A stretch of 64,000 bases of DNA, from positions 17,858,001 to 17,922,000 of the forward strand of contig NC_087250.1 of NCBI RefSeq assembly GCF_037042905.1, written 5' to 3'. Of the stretch, positions 54,178-64,000 are shown piece after piece. The notes below the pieces were generated by a model. The model was not told the origin of the DNA and searched no databases. It was given only the letters and a program-made list of their open reading frames with translations. Positions within the stretch are counted from its first letter, which is position 1. The number at the start of each line of letters is the position of its first letter. The stretch comes from Lytechinus pictus (lineage: Eukaryota). Made by a program: the position numbers and the translations under genes.

Positions 54178-54998
54178 CTGAATGCGGATTAAACAAAGTG
54201 CAGTCTGAGTTCAGTCTAGTTAGAGTAGACACTTCAAATCACTAATTTCATTAAAAATACTTTAAATTCAAGGTCAATTTTCACTTAATCATCAAAGATC
54301 TTGATCTGATACGTTCAGTTCAACATTTCAAACCAACGCAAAAAGCTAACACGCTGAGAATTGTCAACATATATATATATAAATAAGCGCATGTGGGACT
54401 GTGTTTTATTGTTTGGCGAAATGCATAATTGACCAGCAGCAACAATAAAATTCTTAATTTGCTAATTGGTAAGCAAGAACGCATCTATTACCAGAGTCAA
54501 TTTGCACATGATTATGTTTCGTTTATTGGTGGTAATTTCCTTGCATTCTTTCTCGTCATTACAACTGGGTTTTATTTTTGATCCACACAATCTGCATCGT
54601 TATGTAAAAAATTGGAGCTACTATACTGTATAATTTAAATACGGACAAAACTCACCATCCAATTCTATTTAAAAAATAAAAGTAATCATTAAATGAATGG
54701 TACAAAATACTAATCCATGAATTCATGGAATCTGTTCGTACTCCTTTTCATCAACTTGGCATTTTGTACCGAAACATTTGTCATACATTTTTCATCTAAT
54801 AAGACAGAAAAAAAAACGTAGGTGATCATAATATTGGATTTGTGAAATGTCTTTTTTTATTATTTGAATAACAATTTTCTTTCAGATTACTGTAAAAGAA
54901 AAAAATACCCAATCAATTTAAAAGATGATTCACTGGTCACTTTTTTCCCCGCATTCTTACTATTTTCTCCTGATAACTTTGTAATATTCTAACCTCAC

Positions 54999-55026
54999 CT
55001 TTGTATTGTTTCGTAGTCAGGTTCCA
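54999..55026 (-). CDS. 28-nt microexon encoding VEPDYETIQ
   Basis: TTTTCTTTAACAG acceptor, GTGAGG donor; phase 1-2 exactly bridges the flanking exons. Confidence 0.7.
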
Positions 55027-55311
55027 CTGTTAAAGAAAAAAAGAAAGCCAACATAGTTCTGGATTTTAGTACTCCACAAGCTCATAAATGCACCATAAGA
55101 GAATAATTTATCTTAATGAAATGATGTATTCCAAAGATGATTTCATTATGGATTTTTTGTCAAGTCAAGAACATGATGCCTGATACATCATAAGCATTCT
55201 TTTTGACGTGATATCATGCGAATAGGATGGAAATCAATATGATTGTTTCAGTACTCTTATATTTAAAGTGCAATTAGCAACATTTCTTTCTTCTGAATAC
55301 CTACATAATAC

Positions 55312-55368
<57 letters not shown>

Positions 55369-55468
55369 TATTTATATATATATATGTTCATACATACATA
55401 GATATATACATAAATACATCTATTATATATACAAACACACACATACATTATATATATATATATATATT

Positions 55469-55532
<64 letters not shown>

Positions 55533-55627
55533 AATAAAAATGAAGAATAAAAATGAAGGTCCTGCGTCGGTTGTGGAAGTATAAAGCAAAATACAATGTG
55601 AATGACACAACCGTAGATAGAAAAATT

Positions 55628-55657
55628 GATCAAATTTTCGCCCATAGGGCTTCATCA
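55628..55657 (-). ncRNA. 5'-truncated hammerhead-like motif in a short insert between (TA)n tracts
   Basis: TGATGA-A-GCCC tat GGGC-GAAA-ATTT; 5' strand of stem I missing. Confidence 0.45.
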
Positions 55658-55679
55658 TATATATATATATATATATATA

Positions 55680-57475
55680 CAGTGCGTCCCAAAAAAAACT
55701 ATACACTTTTGAAATGGCTGCCAAATAAAAAATATAGCAGTTTGGGGAAAAAGACTTACATATATGGAAAGCCAATAAAGTCAACTTTCAAATGACACCA
55801 AAAGTTGGAAAACTGTTCATGCTTGAGCGAGCACTGCCCACTGAAACAATGGGTATGAAAATTAGGGTGGGCTGGAATTAGCCTTCCAATTTATGTCAGT
55901 TTTTAAGAGGCAAATCCTTACGAACTTGCAAAGTTAAGGGCGTTGTGATGAATTAATGATCAACCGTGACCAGTTTTGGTTGCTTATGCAAATTTTCTAA
56001 ATTATTAAATTGAACTTTAATGTATGAGTCAACACAAATTACACTTTTGGGGCAGCATTTCAACTTTATCATTTGGATCTCTTTTTGGGCAGCATTTCAA
56101 CTTTATCATGTGGATCTCAGCAGTGTGTTCATGGGAGTCGGGAGAATAGGGGGTGAGATAGGCCTTAAGTGGGAGAAGTAGGTTGATCGAATAAGGGTCA
56201 ACAGAACATTCAGCCCCCGCCCCCTCCCTCTTTCCTGCCCTCCCCTCCTGTTGAGAGACTGGTGGCTATTGTCATGTACGCGTGAAGTCCAGAGCGGAAT
56301 GTTGATTTAATGATTAATTCTGAATTGGGGCATCAACTTTTTCCTATCAATCATTTCATCAACAATTTATCAGTAAATCAACTCATTCAATGTGCAATGT
56401 GATCAATCAAACATTCATGTTTTTTTCTTCTATAAATTATTTCATTAATCATCATAATCATTAAATTTCTTGGTAATAATTCAATAAAAAATGACCATCA
56501 GCCACCGGTCACTTGGCAGCTAAGTTTTGAATAGGCTACAATCCAGGAAGGGAGACAGAGAGGGGGGCTGGGAAATGGAGGTGGAGAGGGGAGGGTACAT
56601 ATTTTAATTTGTAAAAGGACAAAAAGAAGAGGAATGCCCTTTTAACCAAGTCTTAGCATATCTCGCCCTCTTGCTTGTAACAGGTACCATCACATTACTC
56701 TGACTCTCACGAACACATTTCTGAGGTCAACAAGATGAATATGCTACACTAAAATTACAATTCCTGTTCACTCATGCATTAAATTTCAATTTAGTAACTC
56801 ATGAAATTTGCCTAAGAAACCAAAAACTTATCTCACTCATTAATTTAGCTTAGCAAGTTCCAAAGGACTAACCACTCAAAAAATTGTAAGGCTAATTCCT
56901 GCCCAGCCTAGCCGAGCTTAGTGTCTGAGGAGGAGAGAAGCGGGGGGGGGGGGGTTGAGATGGAGGGAGGGGTTGCTAAATGTTCTGTTGACCTTTCTCC
57001 CATCAACGTTCTTCACCTACCTAAGTCATATTACCCCCTTTTCTCCTGACTTTCATAAACACATTGTTGAGATCCACATGAAAAAAGACAAAATGCTGCA
57101 CTAAAAATTGCAATTCACGATCACTCATGCATTAAATTTCAATGTAATAAATTCAATTTAATAACGCAATAAATTTTCACAAACAACAAACTGATCACAA
57201 CTGATCTTTAATTCACCAAATAACCCTCAACTTTGCAAGTACCAAACAAAAAACCTGAAAGAAATTGGAAGGCTAATTCCGGCCCACCCTAATTTTCATA
57301 CCCTTTGTTTCAGTGGGCAGTGCTCGCTCAAGCATGAATAGTTTTCCAACTTTTTGGTGTCACTTGAAAGTTGACTTTATTGGCTTTTCATATCTATAAG
57401 TTATTTCCCCCAAAGTGCTATATTTTTTGTTTGGCAGCCATTTCAAAAGTGTATAGTTTTTTTTGGGACGCACTG
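55680..57475. mobile_element. Tc1/mariner-like non-autonomous foldback element
   Basis: TA|CAGTGCGTCCC...GGGACGCACTG|TA; about 200 bp of near-identical TIR with diverged symmetry further in. Confidence 0.88.
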
Positions 57476-57631
57476 TATATGTGTGTAAAGTTATACATGT
57501 TCAACAGCTTCGGCAACTCTTTTTATTTAAATATTGTAAAGAAATGGATGAAGAGAACAATGGTAGGCGTAGCTTAAATCAAGGTTCCCCAGAGCTATCT
57601 TCCCTTTGGAAAAATTGGTGATGCCGAAAAA

Positions 57632-57703
57632 TGTCTCTGCCGGGTATCGAACCCGGGCCCCCAGCTTTGAACGCCGGTGCCTTAACCACTAGACCACAGA
57701 GAC
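57632..57703 (-). tRNA. tRNA-like gene, 72 nt, anticodon UCA, followed by T5
   Basis: Hand-folded cloverleaf with all stems paired (7/4/5/5 bp), A box TGGTCTAGTGG, B box GGTTCGATACC, loop GTTCAAA. Confidence 0.7.
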
Positions 57704-58414
57704 GGGTTAGTGGCTAGGGCGACCCCGATCCGATTGACCGTCAGATAGACAAATTTTCGACACTATACCAATTATAATTTCCTTTGTCGGGTGAAGGTGG
57801 GTTTCGAACAATGACAAGCCGCCATGCTTCAGCTGGATCAAAGCTATTGCTTTGATACAGTACACGTAGGGGGAACGTATACAAATGTGTAAAGTTATAC
57901 ATGTACAACAGCTTCGGCAACTCTTTTTATTTAAATATTGTAAAGAAATGGATGAAGAGAACAATGGTAGGCGTAGCTTAAATCAAGGTTCCCCAGAGCT
58001 ATCTTCCCTTTGGAAAAATTGGTGATGCCGAAAAAATGTCTCTGCCGGGAATCGAACCCGGGCCCCCAGCCCCCAGATACATTTTTTCGGCATCACCAAT
58101 TTTTCCAAAGGGAAGATAGCTCTGGGGAACCTTGATTTAAGCTACGCCTACCATTGTTCTCTTCATCCATTTCTTTACAATATTTAAATAAAAAGAGTTG
58201 CCGAAGCTGTTGTACATGTATAACTTTACACATTTGTATACGTTCCCCCTACGTGTACTGTATCAAAGCAATAGCTTTGATCCAGCTGAAGCATGGCGGC
58301 TTGTCATTGTTCGAAACCCACCTTCACCCGACAAAGGAAATTATAATTGGTATAGTGTCGAAAATTTGTCTATCTGACGGTCAATCGGATCGGGGTCGCC
58401 CTAGCCACTAACCC

Positions 58415-58486
58415 GTCTCTGTGGTCTAGTGGTTAAGGCACCGGCGTTCAAAGCTGGGGGCCCGGGTTCGATTCCCGCCAGAGACA
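58415..58486 (+). tRNA. Second copy of the tRNA-like gene, anticodon UCA, followed by T6
   Basis: Same fold with one T-stem mismatch (C49-C65); anticodon TCA at 58448-58450. Confidence 0.62.
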
Positions 58487-58581
58487 TTTTTTCGGCATCA
58501 CCAATTTTTCCAAAGGGAAGATAGCTCTGGGGAACCTTGATTTAAGCTACGCCTACCATTGTTCTCTTCATCCAATTCTTT

Positions 58582-58623
<42 letters not shown>

Positions 58624-58858
58624 CTATATTAAGTTTGGAAGTCTGACTTCAGGTCTTGCTTCTCCAAGGTTTTAGTAAATATTAATGTGTGATTGATACC
58701 AATAAATAGATCATTTAATTCTCTTTAAAATGATAATCTACATGATATGATTATGGTTCACATGAAGGTGCAGTGCCTTGGTTTCTTGGTTTCGATGGTG
58801 TTTATATTTTACAAATCAACCGTCTTCATTCACATATGATCTTTCTTTTTTCACATAC

Positions 58859-59009
58859 CTTCTTTACGGATATTAACTTCTTGTTCTGCGAGTTTGACCA
58901 GCCCCAGGCCTTGCTCAATGGAAACACGAACAATCTTATCATTGGTTGAGGGCGGCAGATTGATGTTGATAGTATTACAACCTCCAGATAGTAGGGAACA
59001 CGCATGAAC
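58859..59009 (-). CDS. Exon, end of UPA-like domain (VHACSLLSGG...EQEVNIRKE); alternative in-frame acceptor at 59039
   Basis: Phase 0-1, GTATGT donor, lies within ORF 58851..59069. Confidence 0.68.
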
Positions 59010-59415
59010 CTTTATGAGTAAAGAGATCGACAATGGAATCTGATATGAACTGCTTTTAATATAAGACATTATTTACCATCATCATTTTATCTTTGTCAAA
59101 CATTTTTGGCTCGTGATTTTTTTTCTGCATCATTCCGTAGAGACCACATTATTTACTTTCCTTAAAAAACGGATCAAGTTTTTAGAAGATAATAGTGATT
59201 ACTAACAAGCGATTCTAGGGTGGATAGTAAGAACATTTTCTTAGTAATAATAGATGGGATTTATAAAGCACCAACTCCACTGTGCGGCAGAGTGCTCAAG
59301 GCGTCTATTAAAGTTAGGCGCTTAGCGCTTAGTAGATTTGCTTCACAGTAATATAGATATAGATATGATACATGAAATCAAAGAGGGGTGACAGAAAAGT
59401 TCTTCAGATGCTTAC

Positions 59416-59550
59416 AGTTTCTTGGGTCTTCTCTGAGCCAGTTAGACATGAAATCTTGATGTCATCTTCAGCAGATTCCAGATTGAATTTGATTACAGTC
59501 GTGACTTCATAGAATGGTTCTGATAAGCTATAATTCTGTCCTCTTACACT
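59416..59550 (-). CDS. Exon, UPA-like beta domain (SVRGQNY...IKFNLESAEDDIKISCLTGSEKTQET)
   Basis: TTTCTTTCCAG acceptor, GTAAGC donor, 135 nt, phase 0-0, open; not in the ORF track. Confidence 0.72.
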
Positions 59551-59800
59551 CTGGAAAGAAACGTTGTTAAAAATGTAGATATCATGTCTGATTCACTGTT
59601 TGGATAAAATGTATGCATTTTCTTTATCAAGGAAGATGCATTTATTGTATAATCAATGATTAAACACAGGCAAACGCAACCCTCTCTCACACACGCACAG
59701 CCTTACCCACACACACACACACACACTCTTACACACACACATGTACACCCTCACGCACCCACACACATACACATATATATACATGTGTATATATATATAC

Positions 59801-59854
<54 letters not shown>

Positions 59855-60019
59855 CTGATACACGATCAAATTTTCATGTACTTGAGGGCATTTTGAGAGT
59901 TGCGACTGCGACAAGTTCTGCTTCTTTTATTTGTTTAAAAGGTCAGATTTTGCTGTTGTGTAATTATTGTTCATGCATTGAATACATCTCTTGATAATAA
60001 ACTTAGGGTCTGTACATAC

Positions 60020-60240
60020 TGTAGTGTTGCAAGGATGTGCTATGTAGATTAGAAGATTGGGATGCTGGATGTTGCTCATGAACATAGGCTGTGATACTTC
60101 ACAGATGAACTGAACTCCATGAATATCGTTTGAAGACAGAGCAAAGTATTGAAGATGACGTGTCGAGAAGGTAACCCTGTCTTCTGAGATCTCAATACCC
60201 TTCGACGATTCAGGAAGCAAAGTCCTGTAACCAAATTCTC
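60020..60240 (-). CDS. Exon encoding ZU5 C-terminus and start of UPA domain
   Basis: TAG acceptor, GTATGT donor, 221 nt, phase 1-0; VTFSTRHLQYFAL resembles the 'HFS' strand region following ZU5. Confidence 0.8.
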
Positions 60241-60509
60241 CTAGAATATTTAACAATAGACGAGAAAACACTTGACGTTCAAGTCAGTGTATTGTGTCGA
60301 AAGCAACGTTAACTAATGTATTTACGTTAATTATCTCATATATATGAGTCATACATTATTTTAAGTTGTTATACATTTTACCATAGAATAAAGCATTACT
60401 AGTTTTTTTTTCTGTTCTGACGTATCCGGTGTACAAAAACAAGAAAAAAGGCAGCTAAAAATAAATTTGAAAAATTACATATCAACACCTTGAAGCCCAC
60501 AAAGCACAC

Positions 60510-60990
60510 AAATGAACCCATTCTAAAGTGGGACAAACATATCTCCCAAATGAGCAAGAAACGCAACAAGAAAATATATGAAGCAACATGGATTTCCATG
60601 GATGACCTAAAGATGGTATACACTAAATACATTCGCCCTCCCTTTAAGTACCGCGCCCCTATCTTTCACACCGGTTTGTCAAAAGGCCATTGACTTTAGA
60701 AAGAATCCTAAAACGAGTGTTCTGGATTATACTGGGACTTAGGTATGAAAATTAAGAAAGCGCATGTAATAATTTGCTAAATCTCCAAATCCTCGATACA
60801 AGAAGAAGAAAGTTAAGCCTAGTTTTGGCCAAGTCTCTATCAAAACACCCTATCTATTCAAACTGGCTACCCCTTAAAAGAAATAATTCCAAACAACTCC
60901 GTCATCTATGAACAATTCCAATGCAAAACGAAAAGATTCCATAACAGTCCACTCCCCTACTTCGTCGATCTGTTAAATGACAAAAAATAA
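60510..60990 (+). mobile_element. CR1/L2 RT C-terminal fragment in host intron
   Basis: LKWDKHI, VYTKYIRP, LERI.KR and RR.KLSL motifs, degraded. Confidence 0.7.
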
Positions 60991-61639
60991 CCTTAGTTCG
61001 TTTTGCTCACCCATATACTCTGACGCGTTTTGTTTAGAGGTAAATTTCTAAATAATCAAATATACGCTTTCTTCTTGTCTCCTTTCTTTCTGATTGCCTG
61101 TAATTTTCAGAGGTAAGTCTGCTTTTCCTTTGTTCTGTTAAGAACCCAAATATATTTGTAAGTCTGTAATAACTATTGGTCATTTATGTATTCCCATTGA
61201 ATCTATAATTCCATTGGTTTCTTTTTATTTTGTTTGATAAAATGCATCACGTTACAGCCGCACTCACTAATCACTAGTGAATCATATAATGCTTGATCTA
61301 TAATTAGATTTTTGTTGACCTCCTAAATATGTTTTTTGTTTTGTTTTACCAGTTGATTTCATTATGCACTCTTCCTTCTATTTATGCAATATTTGATTTA
61401 ATGCGATTTATAATTTCACTAACACTCAGAACTCCTTCATGTAATTAGATCCGTCATAATGAAAGTCTTTGTGTAATTTAATCTACTATGTATTGAATCC
61501 ATTTTTTTTTTCTACTCTTTGTATAATATCTTCTACGTTCTTATATTTTGTAAACATGTATATTTCAACCGCTGGCTGCCAATCATGTATTGCCAATAAA
61601 CCATTACTATATTCCTATTTAAAACATATCCTATATTAC

Positions 61640-61984
61640 CTGGTCCTATTTTGCTATATAGCTTCACACACAAGTCTTTCTTCTTCTGCTGGTATTGATC
61701 TGAAGCAATGTAGTGTGGAAGCACTACAGTTGCAGATCTGAGAAGATCATGGTTGGAGGAACATCGGATGGTCGGTGTTATAAGAACCTCGCCAGGATCC
61801 AGGGGAAACTTGGACGAACTTCCTTGTAAGATCGTGAGAGTAACGACTGATCTCATTCCTTTGAGGATCGCTCCTGAAGGAATAGATACCCGTATATCAG
61901 GTTCCTTTAGCGTCAGGTCTCCACCATCATGATCAATGATGCCATGTGTGAAATGATCCAAGAAACCTGGGTGGTTTGGTATTG
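61640..61984 (-). CDS. Exon encoding ZU5 domain
   Basis: CAG acceptor, GTAAT donor, 345 nt; GIIDHDGGDLTL...VSIPSGAI...LITPTIRC...LLRSATVVLPH matches the ZU5 pattern. Confidence 0.88.
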
Positions 61985-62387
61985 CTGTTATTGTGAAGTA
62001 GAACATGTCGGGTCAGCAAGCAGATATGCAGATATTGCGGATTTTTCAAGAGCCGATATTTCAATGTGTTACATTTGATTATTAAAACTAAAAATAGCGT
62101 CATTGAGATAAAATGAGACATCAATCAATATGCTGTCTCCTAATTGAATTACAATTGTCGAATAATTACATGTGATTTTTCCCTTACCTTGAAATGACAT
62201 TCAAGAAATAAACATGGATGAAGACACATGTTGCATTCGCTTTCGACATGTTCGAGTTTTATATTTGAGTGCACAAGTATTAATAACGAACAAAAAATAT
62301 TTTGCATCTTTGCTACAAGAACCATACATATGATTTTTAAAGTACACTTCTGACTAATATTTTTGTCCCTTGACTGCTTAAGCCTAC

Positions 62388-62636
62388 CTCTGGCTATGTG
62401 TTCTGCAGCATCGATGAAATTAAAAGCTTGAACCATTTCAAGCAACCTCAGCCTTGTTCCTCCTTGTTCGGCCCATTTCTGAAGCATTTTTAGTACCACC
62501 CGTCGTATCGAGGCAGGTTCAAAGGTCAAAGATGAAGCCATCACCTGAAGAATTTCAGAAGCTGGCAGATCCAACCTTTGAGAGAGGTCGATGAGGTCTG
62601 GAGTAGTCCGAATTTTGGCACAGATTTCACCAATGC
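62388..62636 (-). CDS. Exon encoding second death domain
   Basis: 249 nt, phase 1-1, GTAGGC donor; LSQRLDLPASEI...VLKMLQKWAEQGGTRLRLLEMVQAFNFIDAAE is death-domain-like; the AAG acceptor is weak. Confidence 0.72.
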
Positions 62637-62840
62637 CTTTTTATAGGGAACATAATGACATTGTAAGTTCATAGTGAATGACGACCCCAGTTTCCATTTT
62701 GCCGAAATACACAGTTTTACCATTACATTTAAGAAACAAATATATATATTGGCTAGTTTTCTATTCCATCCAACTTTCTACAAAACGTGTTAAAAGCAAT
62801 ACCAAAATCGAGTTTAATAAAATTCAAGCTGTGATCATAC

Positions 62841-63134
62841 CTGTTTGTGCGTCTTCGATGTTGTATCCTTGAAGAAGCGTAGACACCTTCTCTTCCTTTT
62901 CCTGTCTTCGTAGACGTCTACACAATTGATGAAGGAGTTGCCATGCTAATCTCTCCATTAATGCAGGGTCGTGAGGAGCAATGAGAACTATGATGTCATT
63001 AACGTCCAAACGAAGAGCTTTAGCTAGTTCTAAGGCCAACGTGACATTCGCCACCGGATGAACGACTGTACACAGTTCTGAATTACTAGGTGAACCTCCA
63101 TACCCGTCGATATCGACAATAGTTTGATCTTTGT
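62841..63134 (-). CDS. Exon encoding first death-fold-like domain
   Basis: TAG acceptor, GTATGA donor, 294 nt, phase 1-1; helical pattern LALELAKALRLDVNDI...LAWQLLHQLCRR; includes ORF 62824..63054. Confidence 0.75.
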
Positions 63135-63384
63135 CTACAATTTAATCATATTTGGTTGAGTAAATGTTATTAGAAATTTCACTAAAGATCCGCCAGTACT
63201 ATATTGATACAACGTGGTGCAATTTTTGTCTCTTGGTTTTGGTGCTATCGAAAACGCGTCTGATACATATATACTTTTTGATTCGTTACTATGGCTTCTT
63301 TCCTCTTTTTTTCTATTAGCCTTCCCCCTCCCTCTCTCTCTCCATCCCTCTTCATCCACACCCTCGCTTATTATTCATTCCTAC

Positions 63385-63513
63385 CTGAATCTGAGTATTC
63401 GATGATCTTCCAATCTTCATTCTCTTCATCTTCATCCTTTTCTGGTTCTTGAGGTGATGAGTCAGGATTCACGTCCGGTTCAAGAGGGGTCACATCATCA
63501 CTGTTCTCATCAT
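63385..63513 (-). CDS. Death-ZU5-UPA-death gene, most 5' exon visible (acidic linker DENSDDVTPLEPD...EDWKIIEYSDS); gene continues upstream of the window
   Basis: CAG acceptor and GTAGG donor, 129 nt, phase 1-1, open and in frame with the next exon. Confidence 0.7.
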
Positions 63514-64000
63514 CTGCATGGTATGATTTATAGCCAGAGGTCAGTATTCTAAAGTCAGGTTTAACTTAAACTCGGGTTTAAAGTTATGGTTTAAGTATGG
63601 ATAGCCAATTGTTACATGAATCACTAACAGTAGAGATATCATATACTAGCTCATTTGGCTCTTAAATCATTCATAGATGTCTAGAAGTGCAAAAATGGTA
63701 AATAGATGATTGTCTTCACCATCGATGAATCAGGAAAAAGCACAGTAAACATAAGAAACATACATTTGAATAAAAATTTTGACACTTTTGGCTTCCCATG
63801 ATTTTAGCGGGTGTGTTTGCACAGCCCTCCCCTAAAGATTAAAATTTTCATCACATGTGCAGGTAATATAATTTTTTATAACCTAAATTTTTGACGATGC
63901 CAATTTTGACAAAATTCTACTTCTTTGGTCAACCATTCCTGTCGTCGAGAACGAAATATATAACAAGTTGACAACGAAGTAAAGCCCAAACCAACCTTCA

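Larger units (their letters stand above)
57482..58587. mobile_element. Tandem-plus-inverted array of a 404-bp tRNA-containing unit; Penelope-like architecture
   Basis: Unit starts at 57482 and 57886; inverted arm about 58074-58587; ends in (TA)n; both termini shared with 44930-45035. Confidence 0.75.

Noticed and set aside
57632..57703. tRNA-Sec or mitochondrial tRNA-Trp(UCA) insertion
   Set aside because: No long variable arm and A73 rather than G73; GC-rich nuclear-style A/B boxes and no flanking mitochondrial genes
57707..58411. Two identical 85-aa ORFs on opposite strands
   Set aside because: By-product of the inverted repeat; TTG start, no recognisable motif
63135..63359. 74-aa minus-strand ORF between two exons
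   Set aside because: Falls inside an intron whose flanking exons splice in frame without it

Overview
Eukaryotic, AT-rich, repeat-dense DNA. The repeat types and gene family suggest a marine invertebrate, possibly a sea urchin (inference only). The only supportable host gene is the 3' part of a spliced minus-strand gene (9 phase-compatible exons, 63513 to 53880) encoding acidic region - death - death - ZU5 - UPA - death domain. The rest is mostly mobile DNA. It includes an intact, young Gmr1-type Ty3/Gypsy element (integrase upstream of RT, 946-bp LTRs, unusually long 39-nt tRNA-Pro primer site), nested with a solo LTR inside a non-autonomous DNA transposon, and a decayed CsRn1-type Gypsy. 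There are also HERO-like, CR1/L2 and L1/Tx1 LINE fragments, many MITEs (hAT-, P/hAT-, Tc1-, Kolobok- and Academ-like) and minimal hammerhead ribozyme motifs. The most unusual item is a 404-bp tandem/inverted unit in (TA)n DNA within an intron (57482-58587). It has Penelope-like architecture and carries complete 72-nt tRNA cloverleaves with a UCA (opal-reading) anticodon, each followed by a Pol III terminator. All calls were made by eye; no searches were run.
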